In this document: one piece after another, positions 38,294 through 46,602 of the stretch | How the letters are laid out: each line of letters starts with the position of its first letter | Numbering within the stretch: the stretch's first letter is position 1 | Assembly (NCBI GenBank): GCA_963827155.1 | Contig: CAWGZV010000003.1 | Location: 226,436-290,435, forward strand | Origin: an uncultured Chloroflexia bacterium | GTDB taxonomy: Bacteria; Chloroflexota; Anaerolineae; Anaerolineales; UBA4823 | Direction: 5' to 3' | DNA: 64,000 bases | Notes under the pieces: model-generated | The model's database searches: none | What the model saw: the letters and a program-made list of their open reading frames with translations, nothing else | What the model was told of the DNA's origin: nothing | Position numbers and translations under genes: made by a program

Positions 38294-40087
38294 ATGAGCA
38301 AGCGGATTGTTTTCTTAAACCTGGTCACCCTGATTGCAACAGGGGCGCTGATCGCAGGCTGCAGCGGGCGCGGGCCGGGTCACGAGCCATCTGCATCGAC
38401 CCCTTCCAGCCAACCAGCTGCATCAATATCAGCCACTCCTTTAATTTCAGAAGACCCAACGCCAGTCACTGAGGGAAGCCAGACTGAGCCTACAAAAGCC
38501 TTCGTACCTATCTCCAGAAATGCAGTGGATTGCGCTTATGGTGGGGAATTTAAATCCATCCAGGCACTGAATGAGAAAACCGTCCGCTTCGAGCTTTGTT
38601 ATCCAGACGTAGCTTTCTTATCCAAGATCGCTTTTCCCTCCTTTGGGATCTTACCCTCCGAGTTCCTTGAAAGCACTGGCGGAGGCGGAAAGGACAGCCT
38701 GCTGCTTACTGCACCTGTTGGCAGCGGTCCCTATCAGGTCGAGAGCTGGACCCCTGGGCAAGAATTATCATTATCGGCATACCCTGGATATTGGGATTTA
38801 GATGCGGATTCTGTCCAAAAACTGATCTTTCGTTGGAATTTGGACGATTCCCAACGCCTGTTGGAGCTTCAAACTGGTACCGTTGATGGGATCGATGAGC
38901 CTAACCCCATGGATTTCGAGTCGATAAAAGCGGATTCCAACCTGGTTTGGGTATCCCGCGCTCCGCTGAGTGTTTCCTTCATTGGAATGAACAACACCTA
39001 TCCCCCATTTGATAATCAGCTTGTTCGCCAGGCGATCTCAATGGCACTGGACCGCCAGGAGATTTTGGAAACATTATTCCCGATTGGTTTCCAGCGTGCC
39101 GATTTCTTTACTCCCTGCGTAATCCCCAACGGATGCGTTGGAGAGCCCTGGTATGAATATGACCCGGTAAAAGCCCGGGAGCTGCTGACAGAAGCAGGAA
39201 TTCCAGATGGATTTGAGACGCAGATCTCATACCGCAGCGTTGTGCGCGGATATTTGCCAGAACCTGCCCTTGTGGCTGAATCAATACGGGCTCAGCTTCA
39301 GAAGAATCTGAACATTACGGCAAAACCCATTGCAATCGATTCCCCTCAATTCCTGCAGGCAGCGGAAGATGGACTGCTGCCTGGCCTGTTCTTGATGGGT
39401 TGGGGAGCGGATTACCCGGATGTCACGAATTTCCTGGACACCCACTTTGGCGCCGAGTTAACAAAAATGTTTGGAAATCCCTTTGATGATATCCTTGTCC
39501 CATTGGACCAGGGGAACAGCGTGGCGGGAGATGAAGCGAGGCGACCGTATTATGAGACTGCCAACAACGCCATTCGCCAGCATCTGCCAGTGATTCCACT
39601 TACCCACGGAGGCTGGGTGAAGCCAAATTCGTTGGCGCTGGCATTCCGCCAGAAGGTGGAAAAGGCTTATGCGGATCCATTTGGATTCGAGCGGTTCGCC
39701 GAATTTGCGCTGGACGGCCAGCCTGCAATGACGTTTATGCAGCGTTATGAGCCCCTTTCGCTGTACTGCGCAGATGAGACTGATACAGGTTCGCTTAGAG
39801 CATGCTCGCAGGTAATTGAACCCCTTTATCGATTTCAAATGGGTTCGTCGATAGTAGAGCCTGCATTGGCGGAGTCTTGCGAACCCAACCCTGAATTGAC
39901 AAGCTGGACATGCAGCCTTCGGCAAGGCGTGAGCTTCCATGACGGTTCGATTTTAGATGCGAACGATGTCGCTGTTTCGATGATTGCTCAATGGGATGCC
40001 GCCGATCCTTTGCATAAAGGTCGCACCGGTACTTTTGCTTACTTCAAGAGTTTCTGGGGGAATTTCTTAAACGCTCCTTTAAATTAA
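38294..40087 (+). CDS. Second family-5 substrate-binding lipoprotein, circularly permuted
   Basis: Lipobox IAGC. The GSGPY and GWGADYPD core precedes the LRQGVSFHDGS segment, which is normally N-terminal. Confidence 0.88.
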   Translation: MSKRIVFLNLVTLIATGALIAGCSGRGPGHEPSASTPSSQPAASISATPLISEDPTPVTEGSQTEPTKAFVPISRNAVDCAYGGEFKSIQALNEKTVRFELCYPDVAFLSKIAFPSFGILPSEFLESTGGGGKDSLLLTAPVGSGPYQVESWTPGQELSLSAYPGYWDLDADSVQKLIFRWNLDDSQRLLELQTGTVDGIDEPNPMDFESIKADSNLVWVSRAPLSVSFIGMNNTYPPFDNQLVRQAISMALDRQEILETLFPIGFQRADFFTPCVIPNGCVGEPWYEYDPVKARELLTEAGIPDGFETQISYRSVVRGYLPEPALVAESIRAQLQKNLNITAKPIAIDSPQFLQAAEDGLLPGLFLMGWGADYPDVTNFLDTHFGAELTKMFGNPFDDILVPLDQGNSVAGDEARRPYYETANNAIRQHLPVIPLTHGGWVKPNSLALAFRQKVEKAYADPFGFERFAEFALDGQPAMTFMQRYEPLSLYCADETDTGSLRACSQVIEPLYRFQMGSSIVEPALAESCEPNPELTSWTCSLRQGVSFHDGSILDANDVAVSMIAQWDAADPLHKGRTGTFAYFKSFWGNFLNAPLN

Positions 40088-40172
40088 TCCGTCTTTGGGG
40101 GATGCCTTTGACATTCTGCCCTGCACCGAATACAATGGATGGCAGAATGTTTGATTACTTCGTAGAAACCGA

Positions 40173-41309
40173 ATGAGCGCCTGGCCTGGAAAACTCATCA
40201 TTGGTCTAACCGGCAATATTGCCACTGGCAAAAGCGTGGTGCGCAAGATGTTGGAGCACCTTGGCGCTTACGGAATAGACGCGGATTCGCTGGCAAATCG
40301 AGCGATAGCAAAGGGATCGCCAGGTTTTGGGCCGGTCGTGGAGATCTTTGGAAGATGGATTCTAACCCCTGATGGTCAGATCGATCGACTTAAATTAGGC
40401 CGGTTGGTGTTTTCAGATGAGGAAGCGCTGGTGCAGCTCGAGGCGGTTATCCATCCGCTGGTAAGAGAAGCGATCGATATTTTGGTAAGGCGGTCTCAGC
40501 AGAATGTGGTTGTGATCGAGGCGATCAAATTGATCGAATTGGGTCTTGCAGGTCTGTGCGACTCGGTCTGGGTAACATATGCTCCACAAGACCAACAGAT
40601 CAAGCGCCTTACACAGAAGCGCGAGATGAGCGAATCCAACGCTCAACAGCGCATGTGTGCCCAATCGCCCCAGGAGGATAAGATCGCCAAGGCCGATGTA
40701 GTGATCCGCAATGAAGGCTCATTCGAAGACACCTGGAATCAGGTAGTGGCAGGCTGGTACCTTCTAATCCCTACAAAAGAAGAGGATGAAGCCAGGGCGG
40801 AAATTGCAGCCCCGACTGGTGCAATGAGCGTCAAGCGCGCCCGTCCACGCGAGGCAGCAGAGATTGCGGGTTTGATTTCCTATTTCAGCGACGGTCAGCG
40901 CACTCCCTCCCGCGACGACATTATGGCTGCCTTTGGAGAAAAAGCGTTCCTCCTGCTGAAGATGGATGGGCAGGTATTGGGGATGGTTGGCTGGAAGGTT
41001 GAGAACCTGGTGGCTCGGATAGACGATATCTATATAGACAGCAGCTTGAATTTTCCCGATGCGATGCGGGTGATGATGGGCGCAGTGGAACGATATTCAC
41101 GTGAGCTGCAGTGCGAGGTCTCATTGGTATTTCTTCCCGGCGAATTGGAAGACCAGGCGGCGGCGTTATTGGTGTTGGGATATCAACCCAAGAAAAGCAA
41201 AGATCTGGGGGTACGCGCCTGGGAAGAAGCCGCGCAAGAATTGATGCCGACTGGCTCGACCATGCTTTTCAAACAGCTGCGGAAAGATCGCGTCCTGCGC
41301 CCGGTCTGA
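40173..41309 (+). CDS. coaE: Dephospho-CoA kinase with an extra C-terminal (GNAT-like) domain
   Basis: IGLTGNIATGKS, IDAD, IDRLKLGRLVFSD, IHPLV, ADVVIRN, followed by about 170 extra residues. Confidence 0.9.
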   Translation: MSAWPGKLIIGLTGNIATGKSVVRKMLEHLGAYGIDADSLANRAIAKGSPGFGPVVEIFGRWILTPDGQIDRLKLGRLVFSDEEALVQLEAVIHPLVREAIDILVRRSQQNVVVIEAIKLIELGLAGLCDSVWVTYAPQDQQIKRLTQKREMSESNAQQRMCAQSPQEDKIAKADVVIRNEGSFEDTWNQVVAGWYLLIPTKEEDEARAEIAAPTGAMSVKRARPREAAEIAGLISYFSDGQRTPSRDDIMAAFGEKAFLLLKMDGQVLGMVGWKVENLVARIDDIYIDSSLNFPDAMRVMMGAVERYSRELQCEVSLVFLPGELEDQAAALLVLGYQPKKSKDLGVRAWEEAAQELMPTGSTMLFKQLRKDRVLRPV

Positions 41310-41332
41310 GGTCCGCAGGGGAGAAATAAGCC

Positions 41333-42217
41333 GTGTTTGAATTTCTGGATAATCTGGTAGCAAACCTGGCTTTCATATTCGAGCGCTTGAACTGGTTGAG
41401 CGCTCTGGATATTTTGCTGGTTGCTGCGGTTTTCTTCGCCGTTCTCTTGTCTGTGCGCGGCACCCAGGCTGTATTGCTGCTGAGAGGAATTTTTTTCTGG
41501 TCGTCCTGGTCGGATTGTTGACTTCGCTTGACGTGCTGCCGGCATTCTCCTGGTTGATGCGCACAGCCCTCCCTGCCCTGCTGTTTTCGATCCCGGTGAT
41601 CTTTGCCCCCGAGATCCGCCACGGACTGGAACGATTGGGTCGTGCCGGGGTCAGCAGACCGAACGGGCTTACTTCTGCTCACATGCAAGACACGGTGGAG
41701 GATATTGTCTCCGCAACCATGCGGTTAGCAGACCGCCAACATGGTGCTTTGATCGTGCTCCAACGGCGCGACAGCCTGAGCGAATACGTCCAGACCGGTG
41801 TGCGGCTGGATGCACGCGTGACCCCTGAGCTTCTGCTCCAAATTTTCTACCCCAACACGCCCCTGCATGACGGTGCAGTTGTCATCTCGAATAAGCGCAT
41901 CCTTGGGGCGGCATGTGTCATGCCGCTTTCTGCCAGCGGAGTTCTCAATCCAACTCCTGAAAGGCAGATGGGTTTGCGGCACCGTGCTGCCCTCGGGATC
42001 TCAGAAGCCAGCGATGCCGTTGCTGTGGTGGTGTCTGAAGAAACCGGGCAGATTTCCATCGTCCAGGCTGGAAAAATGATCCGGCGTCTGGATAAGGACC
42101 GGCTCGACAACATCCTGCACGCCTTTTTCGATCGAGAGGAACGCGGTGGAACTCATCGGAATGGTCCAGAAAGTCTTGGTATATTTTGGGCAAAAACAGG
42201 AGAACGAACCCTATTGA
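41333..42217 (+). CDS. cdaA: Diadenylate cyclase CdaA, frameshift in the T-run near 41490
   Basis: N-terminal TMs (LDILLVA..RGTQA), IFAPEIR..LERLG, GALIV, TPLHDGA, GLRHRAALGISE, VVSEETG. Confidence 0.92.
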
Positions 42218-43551
42218 GACGGTCGATCTTTCACTGGCTGCGTGAGCACATTGGGACACTGCTTCTGGCTTTCGTGCTGGCGGTGGTCGTCTGGATTTCT
42301 GCTGTAGTCTCTGCAGATCCAAATGAGGAGCACACCCTCCGACCAATCCCGCTTCAGGTGACAGGATTGAATACCGATCTTGTGATCGTTGAAGAAATTC
42401 CAGATCAGGTTAGATTGACTTTGAATGCCCCAAAATCGATCTGGACAAAACTTAATAACGATCCATCGCTTGCGACCGCGTGGATCGATCTAACGGGGCA
42501 GGAAGCTGGTGACCACATCATCCCTGTCAAAACTAAGGTAGATATAAGCCCTTTCCGGTTTGAAAATGTTGAGCCTCAGACGCTCAATGTCCATCTCGAA
42601 CCGCTGGTGAAGCGACAGATCCCCATCCAGCTAAAGATTTCTGGAGAGCTTCCTCTAGGGTATCGAAGCGGCGATCCAACCGTCGAACCTGAGACTGTGA
42701 TGGTCTCCGGACCAAAATCATCCCTTGATCGAATCGAATCAGCACAAGTGGAAGTTAATCAATCCGGAGCAGTCGAGACAATCAACAGCCTGTTCCCGGT
42801 CAAATTTTTAGACAGCGCCGGACGGCAGGTGTCTGGGATGGATGCATCCTCGAACGAGGCTGCGGTAGTCCTACCGATTAACATCATGGGGAGATTTAAG
42901 AATGTTGCAGTCAAGGTAGTAACTACTGGTCAGGTAGCTAACGGCTACCGTTTAACCAACATCTCGCTTGCACCGCCCACCTTTACGGTTTTTTCGGAGA
43001 ACCCTGAGCTGATCAATGACTTGCCAGGATTTATTGAAACCCAACCAGTGGACCTGGATGGTTTGACAGACGATGCCTCTGTTTCGGTTGACCTGAACCT
43101 TTCAGACGATATTTCGACGGTAAGAGAGCCCAATGTGATCGTGCACGTAAGCGTGGCAGCCATTGAGGGGAGTTTCACCCTCAATCTGCCGGTTGAGATC
43201 GTTAATTTAGCACCAGATTTGCAGGCTGAAGTCTCGCCTCTAACAATCGATGTGATCATTGCCGGACCGTTATTTGTACTGGAACAGCTGTCATCAGACG
43301 ATTTCCGCGTTGTCGTTGATCTCAGCGGTTTGCCTCCTGGGGTATACCAGCGCACACCAATCATCCAGGTGGCGCCAGAACAAGTCCGAATACAGACCAC
43401 CCTGCCAGAGACGGTGGAAGTGTCGATCCAGTCTGCGGCTGCTACTTCAACCGTCCCAACGACTCCCCAGGCACCCGCCCAATCAACCCTCACACCGACG
43501 CCAATCTCCAGCTCCCAAGTTCCAAACGCCACAGCCACGACCCGTCCTTAA
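42214..43551 (+). CDS. cdaR: CdaR/YbbR-repeat regulator (in frame with cdaA in this assembly)
   Basis: LLLAFVLAVVVW TM anchor followed by repeated YbbR-like units (P..V.VSGP, VDLSGLPPG). AGGAG precedes TTG 42214. Confidence 0.85.
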   Translation: MRRSIFHWLREHIGTLLLAFVLAVVVWISAVVSADPNEEHTLRPIPLQVTGLNTDLVIVEEIPDQVRLTLNAPKSIWTKLNNDPSLATAWIDLTGQEAGDHIIPVKTKVDISPFRFENVEPQTLNVHLEPLVKRQIPIQLKISGELPLGYRSGDPTVEPETVMVSGPKSSLDRIESAQVEVNQSGAVETINSLFPVKFLDSAGRQVSGMDASSNEAAVVLPINIMGRFKNVAVKVVTTGQVANGYRLTNISLAPPTFTVFSENPELINDLPGFIETQPVDLDGLTDDASVSVDLNLSDDISTVREPNVIVHVSVAAIEGSFTLNLPVEIVNLAPDLQAEVSPLTIDVIIAGPLFVLEQLSSDDFRVVVDLSGLPPGVYQRTPIIQVAPEQVRIQTTLPETVEVSIQSAAATSTVPTTPQAPAQSTLTPTPISSSQVPNATATTRP

Positions 43552-43560
43552 GGAAATTCA

Positions 43561-44928
43561 ATGAAAAAACCTCTCGTTGCACTTGTCGGTCGTCCTAATG
43601 TTGGGAAAAGTACCCTGTTCAACCGCCTGGCAGGAGAGCGCCTGGCAGTGGTGGATGCAACCCCAGGGACCACCCGCGATCGCTTGATGGCTGAATCTGA
43701 TTGGAATGGGAAGTTTTTTGATATTGTGGATACCGGGGGGATAGATCCTGTGGCTGCTAGCGGAGGCAGGCAGCCATTATCCATTGGATCTGCCGATTTT
43801 ATTGAATCGATCCGCCTGCAGGCTGAAATGGCGATTGAAAATGCGGATGTTGTCTTGCTAATGACCGAAGCAGAAAATGGGGTCACTCCTGCAGATCAAG
43901 AGATTGCCCAGCTATTGCGCCGTCATCAGAAGCAGGTAAACGGCCAGCCCTGGCCGCCTGTGCTGCTGGTTGTCAATAAGGCTGACAGCGCTAACAGACG
44001 AGATATGGCTTACGAGTTCTATGAATTGGGAATGGGTGACCCATATCCAATCTCGGCGATCCATGGAACCGGAACGGGCGACCTGCTGGATGCGATCACG
44101 AACCTGCTCCCGGATAGCGAGGAGCAGGAAGAAACCGACAGCGTAAAAATCGCAATTGTGGGAAAACCCAACGCCGGAAAATCCAGCGTGCTCAACCGGC
44201 TGGTGGGGGTAGAGCGGGCGATTGTCAGCCCAATCCCTGGTACAACCAGAGATGCCGTGGACACGCAATTGGAGTATGAAGGGTTATCGATTACCCTGAT
44301 CGATACCGCAGGGATCCGCCGCAGAGGGAAAATCGAACCTGGGGTAGAAAAATACTCAGTGATCCGATCTCTCCAGGCAATCGAACGGGCAGATGTCTCG
44401 CTCTTAATCGTTGACGCAGAGAGCGGAATAACCTCTCAGGATACGCATATTGCGGGTTTTATCCTGGATGCCTGGAAGAGCGCGGTGGTACTGGTCAATA
44501 AATGGGATCTGATAGAAAAAACTACCTATACCATGAATGAATACACCGAACGAATCCGGCAAGAGCTCAATTTCATGGATTACGTGCCGGTTCTTTTCAT
44601 TTCGGCGCAAACTGGACAGCGGGTGGAGCGGGTGCTACCATTGGCGCTGCGAGTTCAAGAAGAACGGTTGGTGCGCCTGTCGACCTCCCAACTGAATCAG
44701 ATCTTGCACCGAGCTCAGGATGAACACCCGGCTCCATCACCCGGAGGGCGGCAGTTCAAAATTTATTACGGCGCACAAGTTCGCAACGATCCACCGACAT
44801 TCCTGATCCATGTTAATGATCCCGAGCTTGCCCATTTCAGCTATGTGCGTTATCTAGAAAACCGGATTCGCGAGGAATATGCTTTTGCCGGCACCCCAAT
44901 CCGCCTGGTTTTCCGACCCAGGCGCTGA
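43561..44928 (+). CDS. der: Ribosome biogenesis GTPase Der/EngA
   Basis: Two G domains (GRPNVGKS/DTGG/NKAD and GKPNAGKS/DTAG/NKWD) plus a KH-like tail. Confidence 0.97.
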   Translation: MKKPLVALVGRPNVGKSTLFNRLAGERLAVVDATPGTTRDRLMAESDWNGKFFDIVDTGGIDPVAASGGRQPLSIGSADFIESIRLQAEMAIENADVVLLMTEAENGVTPADQEIAQLLRRHQKQVNGQPWPPVLLVVNKADSANRRDMAYEFYELGMGDPYPISAIHGTGTGDLLDAITNLLPDSEEQEETDSVKIAIVGKPNAGKSSVLNRLVGVERAIVSPIPGTTRDAVDTQLEYEGLSITLIDTAGIRRRGKIEPGVEKYSVIRSLQAIERADVSLLIVDAESGITSQDTHIAGFILDAWKSAVVLVNKWDLIEKTTYTMNEYTERIRQELNFMDYVPVLFISAQTGQRVERVLPLALRVQEERLVRLSTSQLNQILHRAQDEHPAPSPGGRQFKIYYGAQVRNDPPTFLIHVNDPELAHFSYVRYLENRIREEYAFAGTPIRLVFRPRR

Positions 44929-45010
44929 TCACATCATTTCGGTAAGGATGAATGTACTCTCATCTTAAAACCTTGAAACGAGATAAGAGCGGTTTTATAA
45001 TCCTTAATCA

Positions 45011-45619
45011 ATGGAAAACGAATATTCAGATAATTCCTCATTAACCGAGATTGTATCCGAACAAGATACAATTCAGAAACAGGGACCTGGAATCTGGAGG
45101 TTTTTGCTGGATATCCTCGAGACCCTCGTGCTATCCGGGATTTTGTTCCTGGCTATCAATGCCATTTCTGCCAGGATTCGGGTTGACGGTTTCAGCATGG
45201 AACCAACCTTGCGGAACGGCGAATTTGTGATTGTGAATAAGCTAGCTTACCGCTTTGGCGAACCTTCGATAGGCGATGTGATCGTATTCCATTACCCGCG
45301 CGATCCTGCGCAGGAATACATCAAACGCGTCATCGGACTGTCCGGCGACCAGGTAAAAATCTCAAACGGCCAGGTAATGGTAAATGGTCAGGCAATCACA
45401 GAGCCCTATATTGCTGCTGCACCGCGCTATGACAGCGAGTGGTCGGTGCCAGAAAGCTCGTTATTTGTTTTGGGAGACAACCGCAACAATTCTTCCGACT
45501 CGCACAATTGGGGACCAGTTCCAATGGAAAATGTGGTGGGCAAAGCGTTGTTCGTTTATTGGCCTCCAACCGAGTGGGGATTGATCCAGGACCCGCTTTC
45601 TGTGAGCGCTGCGCCATGA
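45011..45619 (+). CDS. lepB: Signal peptidase I
   Basis: SMEPTL, YIKRVIG, GDNRNNSSDSH. Confidence 0.95.
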   Translation: MENEYSDNSSLTEIVSEQDTIQKQGPGIWRFLLDILETLVLSGILFLAINAISARIRVDGFSMEPTLRNGEFVIVNKLAYRFGEPSIGDVIVFHYPRDPAQEYIKRVIGLSGDQVKISNGQVMVNGQAITEPYIAAAPRYDSEWSVPESSLFVLGDNRNNSSDSHNWGPVPMENVVGKALFVYWPPTEWGLIQDPLSVSAAP

Positions 45620-45730
45620 GAAATAGATCGGTTGCGGGGAATGTGCTTTTAACTGGTAGATATATGCTGCTCATCAGCTTCAGAATTAATCGGCGCCTCC
45701 ATCAGTTTTCGGCTGGAAGGAGGTTTGGCT

Positions 45731-46024
45731 ATGCAAAGTAAGCAAGAAGAAGAATCAACTGTTCGGTACCACAATCTGTGTTCGGAATGCCAGACAGGTA
45801 TCCTGAGACAAGAATACCTGACGTATTACACCTGGCTGAATGATGAGCTGATTACGGTGCCAAATTTCCCAGCCTGGGTATGCGACGTTTGCGGAAGACG
45901 GGATTATGACGAGCGGGCAATCATGCGGCTGAATACGCTGCTCAGCTCAGAAGGGCGGCGCAGGAGAGTGAAGCGCGGCAGCGCCCAATCCAGCGCCGCA
46001 CGGGGAGACCGGCCAATTCCGTGA
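45731..46024 (+). CDS. YgiT-type zinc-finger protein
   Basis: CSEC...VPNFPAWVCDVCG. SD GGAGG. Confidence 0.8.
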   Translation: MQSKQEEESTVRYHNLCSECQTGILRQEYLTYYTWLNDELITVPNFPAWVCDVCGRRDYDERAIMRLNTLLSSEGRRRRVKRGSAQSSAARGDRPIP

Positions 46025-46047
46025 GCTTAAAATCCGACTGCTGAGGA

Positions 46048-46575
46048 TCAATCCAGAGTTGACTTCGCCCAAAACAAGCCGATCAGCGATTTTGAGTCCT
46101 GCAACCCCCCATTCTCTGCCAGCTTCAAAGCTTCGCGGGCAGGGATTTTTTCTAATTCCAACACTTCATCTTCATCCTGGGGGAGCGGCGACGGGTATAG
46201 GTCTCGAGCCAGGTAGACATGCATAAACTCGCTCGAATATCCTGGCGCCAGGTAAAATGTCCCTAGTTTCGTGAATAGATTTGCCCCCATCCCGGTTTCC
46301 TCGCGGAGCTCACGTTGGGCGCACTGCAGCGGATCTTCACCGGGTTTGGCTACACCAGCCGGAAGCTCCAGAAGGTAATCTTCAATTGGCTGGCGATACT
46401 GGCGAACGAAAAGGATATTTCCTTCCTCGTCAATAGGTAGAATTGTGACCGAATCAAGGTGATCGATCACATCAACGATGACCTGTTTTCCATCCGGAAG
46501 TCGGAGAGTATCCTTTCTCACTGTGAATACTGGACCCTGATAAACAATTTCTCTTTGCAGCCATTCTATGGTCAT
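46048..46575 (-). CDS. NUDIX hydrolase (ADP-ribose pyrophosphatase-like)
   Basis: VRQYR, ELPAG..GE....AQRELREETG, YLAPG. Confidence 0.92.
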   Translation of the reverse strand: MTIEWLQREIVYQGPVFTVRKDTLRLPDGKQVIVDVIDHLDSVTILPIDEEGNILFVRQYRQPIEDYLLELPAGVAKPGEDPLQCAQRELREETGMGANLFTKLGTFYLAPGYSSEFMHVYLARDLYPSPLPQDEDEVLELEKIPAREALKLAENGGLQDSKSLIGLFWAKSTLD

Positions 46576-46602
46576 GGTTGAATCCTTGAAAAGTGTTTGC
46601 GA

